DNA of 64,000 nt. It comes from Candidatus Saccharimonadales bacterium. GTDB taxonomy: Bacteria > Patescibacteriota > Saccharimonadia > Saccharimonadales > JACQNP01. Made by a program: the position numbers and the translations under genes. Below the pieces are notes generated by a model. That model was not told the origin of the DNA, did not search any database, and saw only the letters and a list, made by a program, of their open reading frames with translations. Below are positions 62,401 through 64,000 of the stretch, one piece after another. The stretch covers positions 11,076-75,075 of the forward strand of contig JBGSIS010000002.1 in assembly GCA_041742395.1 (NCBI GenBank), in the 5' to 3' direction. Each line of letters begins with the position of its first letter. Position 1 is the first letter of the stretch.

Positions 62401-63967
62401 CTGTTCCCTTCCAAACAAATAAACTTCTTGGGTAGTCATAATCAGGTATAAGAGGAGCAGGCGGGAAACCCCAAACTATTTCAGTTAACTTTCTACCATA
62501 CACCATTTCGTTGTAAACGACCGTATTGAAACATAAAAATCCACAGCTAACAAACTCATCAGCTCTATATTTAACATTTCCTGACGCCCAACCAGCACAC
62601 GGTAACTTAGTTACTAAATCGAAGCATATTACCCTGTTTCCAAAAAAAGTTTGAGTATCAACTCCAATATTATTAACCGTAAGATTAGCTTCATCGTAGT
62701 TCATCATAAAATAGTAGTTATTGCCAACAATTAAGTTCTGACCAGTAGTGAAAAAATGGTCTTGATGTTCGGCCATGTCCAGTGCAGGAATCTGGGTGAC
62801 CAAAGTAGATGAATAGTCAGAACATTTACTTACGGTCTGCATATCTATACAGAATAACTCTAAGTGACGAGTGTTGTAGACTCCTCCATTATTTGGGTTT
62901 GCGTGACCGTAAAGTTTACTACCGTCCTGAGCAAAACCACTTATCAATGTTGGATTTTCGCCACTAGGCTGAGACGGAGCTGTACTCGAACCGACTGTGA
63001 TAAAACCGCAATTTTCCATTAATTTTAAATTCAAACAATTGACTCCATAATTATTGCCCTGTTGGGCAGGTATATACAAGTAACCTTCGTGGCCGTAGGT
63101 GCCATCATCAAACGCAAGCCGGGCTACTTTTGGTGTAGATATATCCTTAGGAGGACTACCGAATTTTGTTCCAGCTGAACTTGACATATAGGAAGGAAAA
63201 GTAACCCCAAATTCACTTCCATCACATATTTGATACGTTTTTAAGTCTAAGCAATTTATGGTCATGTCTTGAGCATCATTAACGCCATCTGAAACATCAA
63301 CTGCTTTGTAAATAATAAATAACTTATCATTGTATTCTTGAGTAGTAAGTGTTCTTGGGTTAGTCATGCCAGGAGGGGAAATTATCTCTTCTTGATCTAA
63401 CGGTTTAGTAAGTACAGTCTGCGAAACGGGTTTGTGTGTTGTTATTGTACTGTAAGTTAATTTTATTGACTTAACAGTCGAGGCAGGGACCGGTTCGTTT
63501 GTCGTAAAATCATTTTCTGATGGATTATCGACAACCGCATAACTTGCCGACCAACCTGGAGGTAAATCCAATGTACCCGATTGATATTCTTGATTATCGG
63601 GTATTTCTTCTATTATTTCAGTCTTAGACTCAGTATCTGGATTTGTGAAATCTATGTTTTTTTGCCATTTAAGTACATCTAGGTTTTGAGCACTGTTTGG
63701 AGCGGGTGGCGAAGGGTTTGTATTTTCAATTTCAGAATTTGCCGTTACAGATAATACTCCAGGGCCGTTGTCTTTTGGCTTATTGTCTAGATAATTAAAA
63801 AACATTAAGGTACTAAATAACAATAAAACTGAAAAAATTGATGCCCAGGCGGAGCTACTATTATAAATTCTAATTAATCGAGCTTTAGATGCATTATAAA
63901 TACTATTAATTTTTGTCTTAAGTCTTAAGACATGGATCTTTTTAATTCTAAATCTGCGCTTAGACAC
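59426..63967 (-). CDS. giant (1513 aa) membrane sensor kinase-like protein: ~1000-aa Cys-rich ectodomain with DUF11-like repeat, three TM helices, two DHp-like segments, HATPase_c
   Basis: GTG start and an N-terminal TM helix. DUF11-like segment VKPGELVTYTLTVENKANIDPGSRGA. Linker DTGGGGDTGGGTDTGGGT. TM helices at roughly residues 1075, 1200 and 1235. H-box-like LISHYLNTPIS. C-terminal NNSIKFTNEGG, SDDGVGI, GIGLDL and GKGTKVIITLP. Confidence 0.8.
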   Translation of the reverse strand: MSKRRFRIKKIHVLRLKTKINSIYNASKARLIRIYNSSSAWASIFSVLLLFSTLMFFNYLDNKPKDNGPGVLSVTANSEIENTNPSPPAPNSAQNLDVLKWQKNIDFTNPDTESKTEIIEEIPDNQEYQSGTLDLPPGWSASYAVVDNPSENDFTTNEPVPASTVKSIKLTYSTITTHKPVSQTVLTKPLDQEEIISPPGMTNPRTLTTQEYNDKLFIIYKAVDVSDGVNDAQDMTINCLDLKTYQICDGSEFGVTFPSYMSSSAGTKFGSPPKDISTPKVARLAFDDGTYGHEGYLYIPAQQGNNYGVNCLNLKLMENCGFITVGSSTAPSQPSGENPTLISGFAQDGSKLYGHANPNNGGVYNTRHLELFCIDMQTVSKCSDYSSTLVTQIPALDMAEHQDHFFTTGQNLIVGNNYYFMMNYDEANLTVNNIGVDTQTFFGNRVICFDLVTKLPCAGWASGNVKYRADEFVSCGFLCFNTVVYNEMVYGRKLTEIVWGFPPAPLIPDYDYPRSLFVWKGTDGTDKSLCVITGSFLGTVDPGINCLNFNDGTNFDDGTNVRPPGMLPSQWLSVPWEPGPAITTTSESGNNKFYQSYYLPANNALLPANSKSAVLCYDWTTQAPCSGFRFPHYWYEVRESNALDSSYVPDGKCMIGVSGYDFAWSFDANTGESPCRHVQKTVTITPQTDLDNAYCDGQSRTSGWGKLKLDKSSLYDYRYFRVTVKDKSGNVVGTFNNVDLKTEPEGHLDISSIALSGNTDELIVDIEAELANTAPWGDDPDTVAFDANVPYLTVEMSGDPAQYCYQTSIVNECDISSAFTTTNVTSELEYDILEDTNISSIPVIQPEETQCFKDLKINVTADKSIVKPGELVTYTLTVENKANIDPGSRGAISGADIEATIPSGTTLYDSGGGTIVGGKIRWGNESFAPRQSKPKTLTLKVNGGSTAKINTYQLFASAVGSTRLAQASQSIDFTAEVIYGGDVYQTDNSVVLSSVSVDTTPVDTGGGGDTGGGTDTGGGTNNNPPAENTTTEEPAQNTTEEQPTQPVTGPINTDNGPNYDQTQQPSSVVARIATGITNVSKVVVQPIPVQVAKPLPYIFIAILVILSFVFAYEAYREINLRSKIKKVFAKYNQTEGLRSDYLKLISHYLNTPISLMKSTLELMQNEHAASDTTLDKIKSAINKLTLHVSSLIDESKLNTELENQSKSMFGSSSSNKTFRFWVIVPISLVFAFSLFANALFVAGDKYDPSASNFLMQLVFYGLSSVALVFAYTNYKNQKFATFAADKELNYEIALIKSQETFIRNASATLENDALELKYSSKEIINMPKGDIFSKGLKSIDEMSHRLAYISDITKFAGTKLLDPTTINSITDQLANNYGEIMKIKKLTFTKTIDKNVHIRVDEQGYRQLVSSLLNNSIKFTNEGGKIDLSISNVLGDKTKIIVSDDGVGINKDKLDNLFTPFGRGTGVLNYDYEGIGLDLYTDKLIAEHNGGNIEVESKEGKGTKVIITLPAKL

Positions 63968-64000
63968 CCGTTAATCCGCTTCCAAGTTGATTATTTTTAT

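Noticed and set aside
1-64000. Looked on both strands for rRNA genes, CRISPR arrays, transposases/integrases/IS ends, reverse transcriptases (DGR/retron), prophage modules and UGA-recoded ORFs
   Set aside because: None was found. The only mobile element I can support is the helicase intein, and the only RNA genes are tmRNA and tRNA-Glu.

Overview
This is an AT-rich, gene-dense bacterial chromosomal segment. It reads in the standard genetic code: ORFs are long and I see no sign of UGA recoding. All product calls come from motif recognition by eye, because no database search was possible.

The gene content suggests a reduced-genome Patescibacteria/CPR organism, possibly Saccharibacteria-like. 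It has lower glycolysis only, NAD salvage instead of de novo synthesis, LPXTG surface proteins, an RpfB-like muralytic protein, many orphan genes, consensus sigma70-type promoters and several leaderless genes. This taxonomic placement is inference only.

Layout:
- 1-17.5 kb: an NAD salvage / ADP-ribose island with nadD, nadE, nrtR, an ADP-ribosylglycohydrolase, pncA, pncB, pnuC, a nadR-like gene and a frameshifted NUDT9-like Nudix gene. Several uncharacterised enzymes are interleaved, and palindromic candidate NrtR operators sit in the divergent promoters.
- 17.5-21.2 kb: metG, a small Cys-motif ORF, trehalase and an FKBP isomerase.
- 21.2-25.2 kb: six orphan genes, each with its own promoter, abutting the 3' end of a tmRNA gene (25272..25648).
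- 25.7-31.7 kb: a TPM/coiled-coil protein, an RRM protein, a MarR regulator, rsmA, an RpfB-like protein and a Nudix hydrolase.
- 31.7-34.9 kb: a PcrA/UvrD helicase interrupted by a 363-aa intein in motif III.
- 36.2-45.8 kb: tpiA, pgk, pyk, ppsA, adk, a 2-hydroxyacid-dehydrogenase::phosphoglycerate-mutase fusion, and eno.
- 45.8-64 kb: an Lnt-like protein, a CAP-domain protein, an Ldh_2-family dehydrogenase, tRNA-Glu, an LPXTG surface-protein operon, two orphan histidine kinases (one 1513 aa), a DUF2156-like/GNAT-like pair, and speH-speE.

I saw no rRNA, CRISPR array, transposase or integrase. My best candidate for an undescribed system is the block of unassigned enzymes inside the NrtR-linked NAD/ADP-ribose island.
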